Shown here: positions 1 through 9,994 of the stretch, one piece after another
How positions within the stretch are numbered: position 1 is the first letter of the stretch
Layout: each line of letters opens with the position of its first letter
DNA from: an uncultured Clostridia bacterium
GTDB taxonomy: Bacteria > Bacillota > Clostridia > TANB77 > CAG-465
Assembly (NCBI GenBank): GCA_947584535.1
Contig: CANPWO010000002.1
Coordinates: 12,784-76,783, forward strand
Direction of reading: 5' to 3'
Length of the DNA: 64,000 nucleotides
Program-made: the position numbers and the translations under genes
The notes under the pieces: generated by a model
Seen by the model: the letters and a program-made list of their open reading frames with translations, nothing else
What the model was told of the DNA's origin: nothing
The model's database searches: none

Positions 1-1
1 A

Positions 2-1537
2 ATTATATCATTAGTTCTATTTATTCTTTTTTTCTGTTTACAATGTGGATATATATTTATATTAAAATCACATGATTTTGAATATATAATAGATGAATTC
101 TTTTATATTGTAAATGAAATTATTCTTGTTACTGGAACAATTAGTTTATTACTATGGTTTAAAAAGAATAAGATAAAGGATATATCAAGTTGTCTAGTTT
201 TCGTTATAGCTACTATACTAAATTTCTCTTTTATGATTAATAATGAATCAACTACTAATACTATTATTGATTTTTCTAATAATTTCTCTCATGAATTAGT
301 TATAAAGTTAGATAGTAGCACAGGAAATGCAGTTGTATATAAAGATATTAGATTATTTATATTTGCAAGACCAAAACTTCAACTTCCTTATGAAATAAAA
401 GGTGATATTAAAAGACAATGGTTAACTAACGATATTTGTAGTGTTACATATACTGATAAAGACGCAAATTTAAGAGAGTATGTTGCAACTTATGGAGATA
501 GAGGAAATGGCATTTCATATTCCTATGTAGTTAACGCTTTACAAGGAGATTGGTTAACTCTTGAAAAAGAAGGTAATAATACTAAACTTAATACAAATAA
601 AAGAGGTATTGTTATTTACAAAGACGATAAAACTGAAAGTTTCGCAAATTCAGATATAAAACAATATGGAACAATTGCAATTGTATTATACCAAAATGAA
701 GTACCAAGATACGTAGTTGCTTTAAATAAAGATTGTACACTTGACGATAAAACTCATATAATTAAAAATGGTGGAACTATTACAGTTGTTGAAGTTTCAA
801 TGAAGAAAACATTACCTGAAATATTATCTCGTACTTTAGCTAAAGAAAGTATTGATAAAAATGACTATAAAATTAAAGATGGAATATTATATTATTCTTA
901 TGATGGAGAAACTTCTATAGATGTACCAGGGGACTTTTCTAATGTTGTATATGATTACACTGATTATAATTATCAAATATCCTATTTTAAAACTGTATTC
1001 TTTAATAAAGATGAACATCAAAAATATTTAATTTATTCTGATGATATGGGAAATACATGGCAAAGAACTAATATTAATGTTAACTCATATATTCAAAATA
1101 TTCAGTTTATTAATAAAGATATTGGATTTATGCTTCAATTCTATGATAAAGCAATGGGTACAGCTTTTGGTGAAATAAGTAAAACAGAAGATGGTGGAAA
1201 GACATGGAAATCTGTAAGTAATGGTATAGGAAATTACGGAAATGAAGAATTTAAAACTGGCAGTCATATTTATTTTGTAAATGAAAATATAGGGTTCTTA
1301 ACAATGCCTAATACTAGTGGAGAATATTGTAAATTATATATTACTAAAAATGGCGGGCATAATTTTGAAGAACTTAATATTTCAAATAACCAAATTTATG
1401 ATTTTTACAATCTACCAACTATTGAAAATGGTGTCTTGACACTTGAAATATCACAAGGATCTGATGGAGATTATAACGGTGGAGATAGTTTAATATTTAT
1501 ATCTAATGATAATGCAAATACTTGGGTAAAAAAATAG
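2..1537 (+). CDS. Membrane-anchored protein with C-terminal BNR/Asp-box (S-x-D-x-G-x-T-W-like) repeats; 5' end probably lies outside the window
   Basis: Frame 2 is open from base 2 with no stop and encodes hydrophobic segments (LVLFILFFCL, LVTGTISLLLW, LVFVIATIL) before the listed Met at 233. The C-terminal half has repeated DDMGNTWQ, EDGGKTWK, KNGGHNFE and SNDNANTW motifs. Confidence 0.6.
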   Translation: MISLVLFILFFCLQCGYIFILKSHDFEYIIDEFFYIVNEIILVTGTISLLLWFKKNKIKDISSCLVFVIATILNFSFMINNESTTNTIIDFSNNFSHELVIKLDSSTGNAVVYKDIRLFIFARPKLQLPYEIKGDIKRQWLTNDICSVTYTDKDANLREYVATYGDRGNGISYSYVVNALQGDWLTLEKEGNNTKLNTNKRGIVIYKDDKTESFANSDIKQYGTIAIVLYQNEVPRYVVALNKDCTLDDKTHIIKNGGTITVVEVSMKKTLPEILSRTLAKESIDKNDYKIKDGILYYSYDGETSIDVPGDFSNVVYDYTDYNYQISYFKTVFFNKDEHQKYLIYSDDMGNTWQRTNINVNSYIQNIQFINKDIGFMLQFYDKAMGTAFGEISKTEDGGKTWKSVSNGIGNYGNEEFKTGSHIYFVNENIGFLTMPNTSGEYCKLYITKNGGHNFEELNISNNQIYDFYNLPTIENGVLTLEISQGSDGDYNGGDSLIFISNDNANTWVKK

Positions 1538-1561
1538 TTTAAGATAATTAATTTTATATAA

Positions 1562-1591
1562 AATAATGGGGCTAAAAAAAGTCCCATTATT
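1562..1591. terminator. Bidirectional rho-independent terminator between convergent genes
   Basis: Stem aataatggggc / gtcccattatt (one G-T pair), 8-nt A-rich loop, A-run upstream and T-run downstream. It overlaps the ldhA stop codon. Confidence 0.5.
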
Positions 1592-2579
1592 TTACTTCAT
1601 TTTGACAACTACCATTTAAAAATATATCTTGTATGTTCTTAAAAGTATCACTTGCTATCTTATTTAATGCTTCTTTAGTAAAAAAAGCCTGATGAGATGT
1701 TATTACAACATTTGGCATTGATAGTAAAGTTAATAAGTCTTTATCTCTTATGTATGAATTAGATAAATCATTAGAAAAAATCTCTGATTCTTCTTCATAT
1801 ACATCTAAACACAGACCACCTATCTTTCCTTCTTCAAGTCTTTCAATTAAACTATCTGTATCTATTAATTTTCCTCTACTTGTATTAATTATATATACTC
1901 CATCTTTCATCTTAGACATTGTATTATGATTAATCATTTTTTCATTTTCTTCTGTTAAAGGACAATGTAAAGATATAATATCAGAATTTTCATATAATTC
2001 CTCTAATGTAACATATCTAAAATTTAATTCTTTTTCTGCGTTTTTATCCTCAAATATATCATATGCAATAACATTTGCACCAAATCCATTCATTATTTTT
2101 ATAAAACACTTTCCTATTTTTCCTGTTCCTATAACTCCTACCGTTTTTCCATGAATATCAAAACCAAGTAAACCATTTAATGTAAAGTTATATTTTTTAG
2201 TCCTTTGATATGCTTTATATATTTTTCTATCAACTGTAAGTAACAATGCAACAGCATGTTCAGCTACTGAGTATGGTGAATACTCCGGAACTCTTACTAC
2301 TTTAATACTACTATCCATATGTTTCATATCTACATTATTAAATCCAGCACATCTTAACGCAATTAATTTTACATTACATTCTTTGAGTATTTTTATAGTT
2401 TCTTCATCTACCAAATCATTTACAAATATACATACTACATCATATCCTTTTGTAAGTGGTGCTGTTTCAGCATTTAACTTAGAACTAAAGTATGTAATAT
2501 CAAAATTATATTTTTTATTATATTCATCAAATACTTCTTTGTCATAGTCTTTAGTACTAAAAAAAGCAACTTTAATCAT
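1587..2579 (-). CDS. ldhA: D-lactate dehydrogenase / D-isomer-specific 2-hydroxyacid dehydrogenase
   Basis: 330 aa, colinear with enterobacterial LdhA as I recall it (MIKVAFFSTKDYDK, ALRCAGFNNVD, GVIGTGKIGK NAD-binding loop, SLHCPLT, NTSRG, HQAFFT). Confidence 0.9.
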   Translation of the reverse strand: MIKVAFFSTKDYDKEVFDEYNKKYNFDITYFSSKLNAETAPLTKGYDVVCIFVNDLVDEETIKILKECNVKLIALRCAGFNNVDMKHMDSSIKVVRVPEYSPYSVAEHAVALLLTVDRKIYKAYQRTKKYNFTLNGLLGFDIHGKTVGVIGTGKIGKCFIKIMNGFGANVIAYDIFEDKNAEKELNFRYVTLEELYENSDIISLHCPLTEENEKMINHNTMSKMKDGVYIINTSRGKLIDTDSLIERLEEGKIGGLCLDVYEEESEIFSNDLSNSYIRDKDLLTLLSMPNVVITSHQAFFTKEALNKIASDTFKNIQDIFLNGSCQNEVK

Positions 2580-2705
2580 ATTAATATTTCTCCTTGTATA
2601 TCTATTTTATATTAAATATTATTTTCATATGCTTTTATAATTATACAAAGAAAAGAAACGAAAAAATATATTATTAATACACTTTTTCATTTCTTTAAAT
2701 TTTAA

Positions 2706-3722
2706 CTAAAATTTCTTTATTTTTAAAGCATTTCCTTCTTCAAGTAACTCTATATGATTTAAAGCTTTACCTGTTCCTATAGCTACACAAGACTGTGCAT
2801 CTTCAGCTATCATAACAGGTATTCCTGTTCTTTCTTCAATAAGTTGGTCAAGACCATATACAAGTCCTCCACCACCTGTAAGGTAAATTCCTCTTTCACT
2901 AATATCTGCAGAAAGTTCTGGTGGTGTTTCCTCAAGTACACTGTAAATTCCTTCAATCACTATATCTGCACATGGTTTTAGTGCTTCAAAAATTTCCTCA
3001 GATGTTAACTCTATTTCTACTGGAAGTCCAGATGTTAAATCTCTTCCTTTTACATTCATTCTTTCAACTACTGTTTTTGGGAACATACAGCCAATATTTA
3101 TTTTTATATCTTCAGCAGTTCTTTCGCCTATAATTACATTTCTTGCTTTTTTAACATATTTAATTATTGCCTCATCAAATTTATCGCCTGCCATTTTAAG
3201 TGACATACTTCTAACAGAACCACCAAGTGATATGACAGCTATATCAGTAGTTCCTCCACCAATGTCAACAATCATACTTCCATATGGTTTTCCTATATCT
3301 ATTCCTGCACCAATGGCTGCTGCTATAGGCTCTTCTATTAGAAATACCTTCCTTGCACCAGCATGATTTGCCGCATCAATTACTGCTTTTTTTTCTACTT
3401 CTGTAACTCTTGATGGAACACATATCATAATTCTTGGTGAAAAAACAAACTTACCGCAAACTTTAGTAATAAAGTATTTAAGCATTTTTTCTGTAATAGT
3501 ATAGTCTGAAATAACGCCATCTTTTAATGGTCTTAAAGCAATAATATTTCCTGGAGTTCTTCCAAGCATTTTCCTTGCTTCTTGTCCAACAGCTAGTACT
3601 TCGTTTGTATTTTTATCTATTGCTACTACAGATGGCTCTCTTAAGACAATACCTTTTCCCTTAACATATACGAGTATTGTAGCAGTACCTAAATCTATAC
3701 CGATGTCCTGTCCAATAAACAC
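2706..3722 (-). CDS. mreB: Rod-shape-determining actin homolog MreB/Mbl
   Basis: 338 aa with DIGIDLGTATILVY, REPSVVAI, VDIGGGTTDIAVISLGG and LTGGGG motifs. It lies downstream of spoIIID, as mbl does in Bacillus. Confidence 0.9.
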   Translation of the reverse strand: MFIGQDIGIDLGTATILVYVKGKGIVLREPSVVAIDKNTNEVLAVGQEARKMLGRTPGNIIALRPLKDGVISDYTITEKMLKYFITKVCGKFVFSPRIMICVPSRVTEVEKKAVIDAANHAGARKVFLIEEPIAAAIGAGIDIGKPYGSMIVDIGGGTTDIAVISLGGSVRSMSLKMAGDKFDEAIIKYVKKARNVIIGERTAEDIKINIGCMFPKTVVERMNVKGRDLTSGLPVEIELTSEEIFEALKPCADIVIEGIYSVLEETPPELSADISERGIYLTGGGGLVYGLDQLIEERTGIPVMIAEDAQSCVAIGTGKALNHIELLEEGNALKIKKF

Positions 3723-3904
3723 AATTTCGCCCTCCTATATGTTACAATTATATTACATTTTGTTTACAAATGCAATATAATTTTGAAAAGTTATTTTAAA
3801 AGGACGAAATTATTTATTAATAGTTTTAAATATTATTTTATATATGTAGTATATATTTATATAAATAGTAATTCATATTTTACTTTAACACAAAAATCAA
3901 TAGT

Positions 3905-5197
3905 TTATATATACTCTAAAGGTACCATATAGTTTTTTTCATCTATAGCATGAATGTCCTTACTTAAGCATATAACTATTCCATTTGGAGAATTCATTTC
4001 AAAATTTTTTACTATTTTAAAATTTTTTACAGAAGTTTTGTCAATATTAGCTCCTTTTTTTATTTCAACAGGATAAATATTATCTTCATCAATAATTAAT
4101 AAATCAATTTCAACTCCATTATTATCTCTATAATAATATAGATGTTTTCTAGGATCTCTTTGATTATTAGTATAACTTTTTACTATTTCAGATATTACAT
4201 AAGTTTCAAAAATTTGTCCACTATATGCACTGCGTTGTAATGTTTCACTACTTACATAGCCTGTTAAATAGCAAGCAAGTCCAGTGTCCATAAAATAAAT
4301 TTTAGGTCTTTTTATTATTCTTCCAACATTATTATTCATATGTGGTTGCAGTAAGAATATAATATATGTATTACTTAATATTCCTGTCCATTTAATTACA
4401 GTATCAATTTTAACACCAACATCTTTTGCTATATCAGCAGCGTTAAATTCTTGTCCCGTCCTTGCCGCAATACTTGATATAAATTTCATAAATTTAGGTT
4501 CATCCTGTATATTAATTATTTTTCTAATATCTCTTTCTATATATGTTCTTATATATGATGAAAAAAAGGCTTCTAGATTCACTTTATTATTTTTATAAAG
4601 TTCTGGATAACTACCTCTAAAAATTCTATCATATAGATTATCCATATATTCATATTTTAAAGGTTCTCTTTCTTTTATATTATTAATATTAGGAATAAAT
4701 ATATTTTCCTTTAAATTATATATTTCGCGAGTTGATAATGGGTACAAATCAATAATTCCCACTCTTCCAGCAAGTGATTCAGTAATATTTGCCATTGTTT
4801 CAAATATTTGTGAACCAGTAAGATAATATAATGTTCCTACTTCTTTACCATCACCAAACATTTCATTTCTTCTTGATTCATCAATTTTTATTTTTATATA
4901 TGATAATAAATTAGGTGCATATTGAAATTCATCAATAATTAATGGTACACCATGAGTTCTAAGAAAACTCTCAGGATCTTCTATAGCTAAAATTCTTTCA
5001 TTTATATCATCCAAACTTACTTCATTTATTTTCTGTTTTTTATTAGTGGTAATATATTGCAATACTGTACTTTTTCCAGATTGTCTTGAGCCAGTAACTA
5101 ATATAGCAGGAAAATTTCCATACATTTCATCTAACTTATTTTCTATTGTTCTATGAATATATTGACTAGCCATTATATTCGCCTCCATTTTATACAA
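3905..5197 (-). CDS. AAA+ ATPase, AAA_14/DUF4143 family (COG1373-like), paralog 1; true start probably ATG at 5173
   Basis: Walker A GSRQSGKST and Walker B IIDEFQ. C-terminal GVEIDLLI...YPVEIKKG resembles a PD-(D/E)xK motif. GGAGG lies 8 nt upstream of the ATG at 5173 (MASQYIHR), and the listed N-terminal extension overlaps a 5' palindrome. Confidence 0.85.
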   Translation of the reverse strand: MYKMEANIMASQYIHRTIENKLDEMYGNFPAILVTGSRQSGKSTVLQYITTNKKQKINEVSLDDINERILAIEDPESFLRTHGVPLIIDEFQYAPNLLSYIKIKIDESRRNEMFGDGKEVGTLYYLTGSQIFETMANITESLAGRVGIIDLYPLSTREIYNLKENIFIPNINNIKEREPLKYEYMDNLYDRIFRGSYPELYKNNKVNLEAFFSSYIRTYIERDIRKIINIQDEPKFMKFISSIAARTGQEFNAADIAKDVGVKIDTVIKWTGILSNTYIIFLLQPHMNNNVGRIIKRPKIYFMDTGLACYLTGYVSSETLQRSAYSGQIFETYVISEIVKSYTNNQRDPRKHLYYYRDNNGVEIDLLIIDEDNIYPVEIKKGANIDKTSVKNFKIVKNFEMNSPNGIVICLSKDIHAIDEKNYMVPLEYI

Positions 5198-5254
5198 ATA
5201 TCCAATTCAATGGATATTTGTATAAATTATATCATATTTTTTGTTATTTATCAA
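5191..5254 (-). promoter_or_regulatory. Sigma-A-like promoter plus perfect 14-bp inverted repeat (operator-like) for ATPase paralog 1
   Basis: On the minus strand: TTGATA (5249-5254), 17-nt spacer, TATAAT (5226-5231). This is followed by TATACAAATATCCA-N6-TGGATATTTGTATA (5191-5224) covering the expected transcription start and 5'UTR. Confidence 0.5.
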
Positions 5255-5438
5255 TATAAAATGTATATTTTACCACATTTTTACAATTTTTTATTATTAA
5301 TAGAATAAAAGTTATAATGTTCTTTGTATAACAGATATGTTTTTTAAAAATTTAAAATTTGACTACTGTTTTCTTTTTTAATTATATCAAATTTAACTAA
5401 AATACTTTTAATAATTAAGTATGACTTTCCTATTGTAC

Positions 5439-5472
5439 AAAAAACTATTCTTTTTTGAAGAATAGTTTTTTC
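5439..5472. terminator. Bidirectional terminator downstream of the PIN pair
   Basis: aaaaactattctt / aagaatagttttt stem flanked by an A-run and a T-run. Confidence 0.55.
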
Positions 5473-5519
5473 TTTATTTGCATATTTATATTATGAAAAA
5501 CAACACTCAAGATTAATAT

Positions 5520-5732
5520 TTAATTATTTTTTTTATTTTTCTCTGCTAAATATTTTTTAAAATCTTCAATAGTAATATCCTCATCATTTTCATATTTTTC
5601 TTTAGTATAATCACCTATTCCTACTCCTAGCATTTGCAAAAATTGTACTAATTCTGATGGGCTTAATTTTTCCTTTAATGCGGCAAAACCTTTATCTTTA
5701 ATTCTCTCCAGCTCTTTTAAATTTGTTCCCAT
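5520..5732 (-). CDS. Small acidic protein translationally coupled to the PIN gene (putative antitoxin-like partner)
   Basis: 70 aa. Its ATG immediately follows the TAA of the upstream PIN gene, and GGAGGTG lies inside the end of the PIN gene. Confidence 0.5.
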   Translation of the reverse strand: MGTNLKELERIKDKGFAALKEKLSPSELVQFLQMLGVGIGDYTKEKYENDEDITIEDFKKYLAEKNKKNN

Positions 5733-6176
5733 TTATATCACCTCCGTAATGAGCTCTATTGGATTCATAACTTTTATTTTTAAATCTTTTACTTTAGATA
5801 CAACATTTATCAATATTCTGTCTACTGTTATGAAATAATCCAATTTTCCGTACTCGGCGTATGCTATATGTAAAGCATCTTTTTCCTTTATATTGTATTT
5901 TTTTAGTTCTACTGCTCTATCTATTACTTCATTTGTTGTATCAATATAGTTTGATCTTAAAGAACAATATACATCTAATATTTTGTTTCTCTTTATAATA
6001 TTCTTCATTTGACTTATTTCATAATCTAAAATTCTACTTTTATATATATCTAATTTACCCTTTTTATATAAATCTAAAATTATAATTATTGCTTGTGATT
6101 CAATATAATTTTTTTGATTTGTCAAATCATCAAATGGTCTATTATAACAACAATTATCTAAATATAATTTTAACAT
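5733..6176 (-). CDS. PIN-domain protein (VapC-like toxin candidate)
   Basis: 147 aa with acidic residues placed as in PIN domains: LYLDNCC near the N-terminus, ESQAI, EKDALHIAYAE and FITVDRIL. Confidence 0.7.
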   Translation of the reverse strand: MLKLYLDNCCYNRPFDDLTNQKNYIESQAIIIILDLYKKGKLDIYKSRILDYEISQMKNIIKRNKILDVYCSLRSNYIDTTNEVIDRAVELKKYNIKEKDALHIAYAEYGKLDYFITVDRILINVVSKVKDLKIKVMNPIELITEVI

Positions 6177-6347
6177 TTAATTATCTTCTCCTTTTATTAT
6201 ACTATATTTTACTAAATTTATCCATAATTTTTTAACATTTTCTATAAATGCAATATAATTTGTGTTACTAATATAAAAAATATAAAAAATATATAAACTA
6301 ATTTAATTTTTATTATATTTTATATACTTTTGATTCTTACTTTTAAG

Positions 6348-6720
6348 TTAATCAAGTAAAGTCATTTTTACTTTTTTTAAAACTGTCAATAATTTTAAAT
6401 AATTTCTTTTAAATCTATCAATACATTTATAATTACAAAAATTAGCAATTTCTTTTGCTGTTCTTTCTTTATTACAATAATTTATTATTCTATTATTTAT
6501 ATCATCATACGTCTTTTCATACGTCTTACGTCTTAATTGCATCATTTTCTGTTAATCCATATAATTCTTCATCTGTCTTTCTATTAAATACAACAGCAAA
6601 ACCATTTTTCAATATTTTTTGATAAATATAGTGTATTAGCAATTAATTGATCTCTCAGCATTGGACCTTCTTTTAACTCCCTTGTAGTTTTTTAATTCAA
6701 TTTTTCTCATTTCCAAAAAA
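6348..6720 (-). pseudogene. Degraded remnant of an AlbA_2/RecG-like ATP-dependent transcriptional regulator
   Basis: The 65 aa ORF (RTAKEIANFCNYKCIDRFKRNYLKLL) resembles the C-terminal wHTH tail of that family. Upstream sequence up to ~6720 (start MRKIELKNYKGV) reads as broken fragments with stops. Confidence 0.35.
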
Positions 6721-6873
6721 AATTTATGTTTGACATATTTATTAACTTCCTTACTAAAATCATTATAATTATACTAAGATTTTAGTTACAAGTCAACATA
6801 AAAATATCGACAAAATTTGACATATAAAAAGAAAATCAAACAATAAAAATTGCCGATTTTCTGAATAACATTT

Positions 6874-7125
6874 TTAACTTTTATTTGCCTTATATTTCAT
6901 TTTAGTAGCCATTCCACCTCTTATATGTCTTTCTGACTTATTAATTTCTAAAACCTTCTTTGCTTCTATTGCAAGAGATGGGTTAACTTTCTCAAGTCTT
7001 TCTGAAATATCTTTATGTACTGTTGACTTACTAATATTAAACTTTTTAGCTGTTTGCCTTACTGTGCTTTTTGTCTCAATTATATATGTTGCAAGAATCT
7101 TTGCTCTTTCCTCTATATCTAACAA
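6874..7125 (-). CDS. spoIIID: Stage III sporulation protein D (mother-cell transcription factor)
   Basis: 83 aa with TVRQTAKKFNISKSTVHKDI HTH and ERHIRGGMATKMKYK; typical size and sequence. Confidence 0.95.
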   Translation of the reverse strand: MLDIEERAKILATYIIETKSTVRQTAKKFNISKSTVHKDISERLEKVNPSLAIEAKKVLEINKSERHIRGGMATKMKYKANKS

Positions 7126-7211
7126 TGTAATCTCCCCTTTTTCTTCTTTTTATTTTAATTTTCCCTATATTTTAATTCTATTCAAAACACTATCTATTTA
7201 TGAATTATAAC

Positions 7212-8282
7212 TTACTTAAAAATACTACTTGGATTTTCACTTTTATTATTTTTATACAGCATAAAATGAAGATGTGATTCATCCTTAATTTCGCCAATAG
7301 CTGTTTTCCCTATTTTTCCTATTTTATCTCCTTTTTTTACTGACTGTTTTGCTTTTACAAGAGTAGTATTATCTAAATTAGAATAACTACTTTTATATCC
7401 CTGACCATGATCAATAACAATTGTTGTTCCTAGAAATGAATCCTGATATATTTTCTCTACTGTACCTCTTTCGATAGTTTTAACATATGTACCTTCTTCT
7501 GCTTTTATATCAATACCATCATGTACTTTCCAAAGTTCTAGTGTTTTAGAATAAATTACTTTATCAGGTGAATATACTTTTAAAATTTCACCTTCTATAG
7601 GTTTAGAAAAACTTAATGGAACAACTTTAACTTCATTATTTTTCGATGAATTATTTGTAGTAGTTTTTGTTTTATTTTCTTCACTTTCAGTTTTTTCTTT
7701 ACTTTCTTCTTTAAATTCATCTATTGTATCTTTATTGCTTGTCTCAATACTTTGTAAATTAAGTTCTTCCGTATTCTCATTTTCTTTATCTGTATTATCA
7801 ATACTAGTAATAGTTTCTGTCGTATCTTCTTTATCAGCACTATTAAATACTTGATAATCTTCTTGCTTAAAAAGATTATATGTTTTTGAAGCAAGTAGAA
7901 CGCTACCTGCTCCAAGAGCAATCATTGCAAAAAGTAATATATAATATCCTCTTGATAGTTTATTTTTATTTTTTACTAAATTTTGATAATATAGCCTTAA
8001 CTTAAAATTATTATCTTTTTGTTCTTGCACAAATCCCTTTCTTCTTTTAATCTGTGTTAATTCATCTTCTTTTTTTACTTCTTCTACTTCTTCTATATCA
8101 ATATTTTTATCTAAATCTTTAACTTCACTTCCCTCTCTTTTTCTTTTATTTTGTTCTATTTGTTTATATTGTGTGTTTTCTATATCATTTACATCATATA
8201 CTTTTTTTAATTTAATTTTATTACTTTCATTTGTTTTTTTCCTATTTTTATTTACAAAAATATTTTTTATCCTAATTTTCAT
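7212..8282 (-). CDS. spoIIQ: Membrane-anchored M23/LytM peptidase-domain protein, SpoIIQ-like
   Basis: Single TM segment (YYILLFAMIALGAGSVLLA). C-terminal M23 domain has HDGIDIKA and SHLHFML motifs. It lies between spoIID and spoIIID. Confidence 0.7.
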   Translation of the reverse strand: MKIRIKNIFVNKNRKKTNESNKIKLKKVYDVNDIENTQYKQIEQNKRKREGSEVKDLDKNIDIEEVEEVKKEDELTQIKRRKGFVQEQKDNNFKLRLYYQNLVKNKNKLSRGYYILLFAMIALGAGSVLLASKTYNLFKQEDYQVFNSADKEDTTETITSIDNTDKENENTEELNLQSIETSNKDTIDEFKEESKEKTESEENKTKTTTNNSSKNNEVKVVPLSFSKPIEGEILKVYSPDKVIYSKTLELWKVHDGIDIKAEEGTYVKTIERGTVEKIYQDSFLGTTIVIDHGQGYKSSYSNLDNTTLVKAKQSVKKGDKIGKIGKTAIGEIKDESHLHFMLYKNNKSENPSSIFK

Positions 8283-8304
8283 TTTAGTTTTTCTCCTTTG
8301 TTTA

Positions 8305-9333
8305 CTAATCTAATTTAGTTATTTGAACACCTGTATAATAATGATTTATAATATCCCTGTAACTATATCCTTTTTTTGCATAAGTGTCAGCACCTACTTG
8401 ACTTAGTCCAACTCCATGACCGTTACCAACTACATTAAATACAAGACTATTATCTTTAATTTCAATAGTAAAATTAGTAGATCTAAGACCAAATAATGTT
8501 CTTAATTTTTCTGCACTGACTTTTATATTTGCAATTTGAATATTTTTCACTCTACCACTTGTAGTATAGTCACATATTTTTACACTTTTACAATCTTCTG
8601 TTTTTAAACTTGCCCTTGAATTATTATCTTCTTTTAGTTTATTTACGAAATCTTCAAACTTTACTTCAACTTTACTTGTTCTATTATCATAATCTTCTGA
8701 TTCTTCGTTTTCTACAGAAACTAAATACGGTAATTTCTCACCTCCCCATATTTCTTCTACACTTTCAGTTCGTACTGGACTACTTGCATGAAAGAATGCT
8801 TTTATAAGCTGACCATTATATTTTATAACCTCATTTTGAGTTGAAACTACTGCTTCATTTACATTATTCCAATATTTTTTTATAGTTTCATCATCATAAC
8901 CTTTTCGTTTCCATATAGCAATTATTTGATCCTTATTATAAAATGCTTGACAATGAGCATAATTATCACAAATATCTATACCATCTCCTTCTGCATGAGC
9001 ATCTATTCTTTTATATGTAAATGTTCTTGCAACAACTGCTTGAGCTTTTATTGCTTCTAAGTCATAATAAGGTGGCATTTCGGCTGGCACTACTCCTCTT
9101 AAATAGTCGTTTATATCCATAGCAACTACTTCACCTGTTTTACAAAGTTTTACTCTAATAGTCTGATTTGCTTTATATTCAATAATATTTTTTTCTTCTT
9201 CCTCTTTTTTTTCTTCCTCTGCTATATCTTTTTTAGCACTTCTTTCCTTAAAAAAATTTATACAAAATAGCACTACTGTTACAATAATAAGTATACAAGT
9301 TATAGAATAAAAAAAAACAAGCCACTTTTTCAA
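8305..9333 (-). CDS. spoIID: Stage II sporulation protein D (lytic transglycosylase)
   Basis: 342 aa with an N-terminal TM segment and a SpoIID/LytB domain (YLRGVVPAEMP, ALKAQAVVARTF, GHGVGLSQ). Confidence 0.9.
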   Translation of the reverse strand: MKKWLVFFYSITCILIIVTVVLFCINFFKERSAKKDIAEEEKKEEEEKNIIEYKANQTIRVKLCKTGEVVAMDINDYLRGVVPAEMPPYYDLEAIKAQAVVARTFTYKRIDAHAEGDGIDICDNYAHCQAFYNKDQIIAIWKRKGYDDETIKKYWNNVNEAVVSTQNEVIKYNGQLIKAFFHASSPVRTESVEEIWGGEKLPYLVSVENEESEDYDNRTSKVEVKFEDFVNKLKEDNNSRASLKTEDCKSVKICDYTTSGRVKNIQIANIKVSAEKLRTLFGLRSTNFTIEIKDNSLVFNVVGNGHGVGLSQVGADTYAKKGYSYRDIINHYYTGVQITKLD

Positions 9334-9649
9334 TATATATCACCTTGATATATATATATTCATGACTTGTCTTTTTTATTACTGTTTGTCCCAAAATTTT
9401 ATTAGGAATTATGAAATACTTAATTATTAAATCAAAAAAGCTGCATATAATGAAACAGATTTTATATTATTTTCAAATCCAAAGTTTTTAGTTGAACTTT
9501 TAATCTCAACATTTTTCTGTACGTATTATGCTATATAATTTTTTATAGTATAATAGAAAGTAGACACGGATAGTTAGAAAAAAGTTTTAAATAATAAAAA
9601 AATATGATAAAATTATTTAAACTAATAATCTAACAGAAAGGAGTCTACT

Positions 9650-9994
9650 ATGTCACATTTAAATCCATTAGAAAAGGAAGTCTTAATAAAAAGATACAAA
9701 ATGAATAAAACAGTAAAGATGCAAGATTTTTGTACAACAAATAATATTTCGATAACAGCTTTTAAAAAGTGGTTAAAACAGTATGAAGAAAATGGAATAG
9801 AAGGATTAGCTAGAGCAGATAGTACAATACCAGATGTTTTACCAGAAGGAATTGATAAAACAGAAGAAACATATAAAAGGGAAATATTAAAGCTTCGAAT
9901 AGAAAATGAAAGACTAAAAAAAAATTATATGCTTCAGAAGAAAGAGGATGGAACACAGGAATACATTCGTTTAAAACTCAAGAATTCGAAATAG
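9650..9994 (+). CDS. IS3-family transposase OrfA (HTH)
   Basis: 114 aa with an HTH and a leucine-zipper-like tail. An A-run slippery site (cta aaa aaa aat, 9916-9924) lies before its stop. Confidence 0.85.
   Translation: MSHLNPLEKEVLIKRYKMNKTVKMQDFCTTNNISITAFKKWLKQYEENGIEGLARADSTIPDVLPEGIDKTEETYKREILKLRIENERLKKNYMLQKKEDGTQEYIRLKLKNSK

Noticed and set aside
1085-1267. Short antisense ORFs inside well-supported genes (1085-1267, 2921-3133, 7721-7921, 8610-8807, 11928-12203, 14662-14877, 16075-16284, 19351-20055, 21293-21487, 24572-24766, 25858-26040, 31064-31483, 32890-33108, 39599-39841, 40424-40606, 42008-42280, 56522-56737, 58142-58342, 58616-58870, 61306-61572, 62011-62355).
   Set aside because: All overlap longer ORFs with clear homology or operon context on the opposite strand or in another frame. 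They have low-complexity AT-codon translations and lack RBS or start context.
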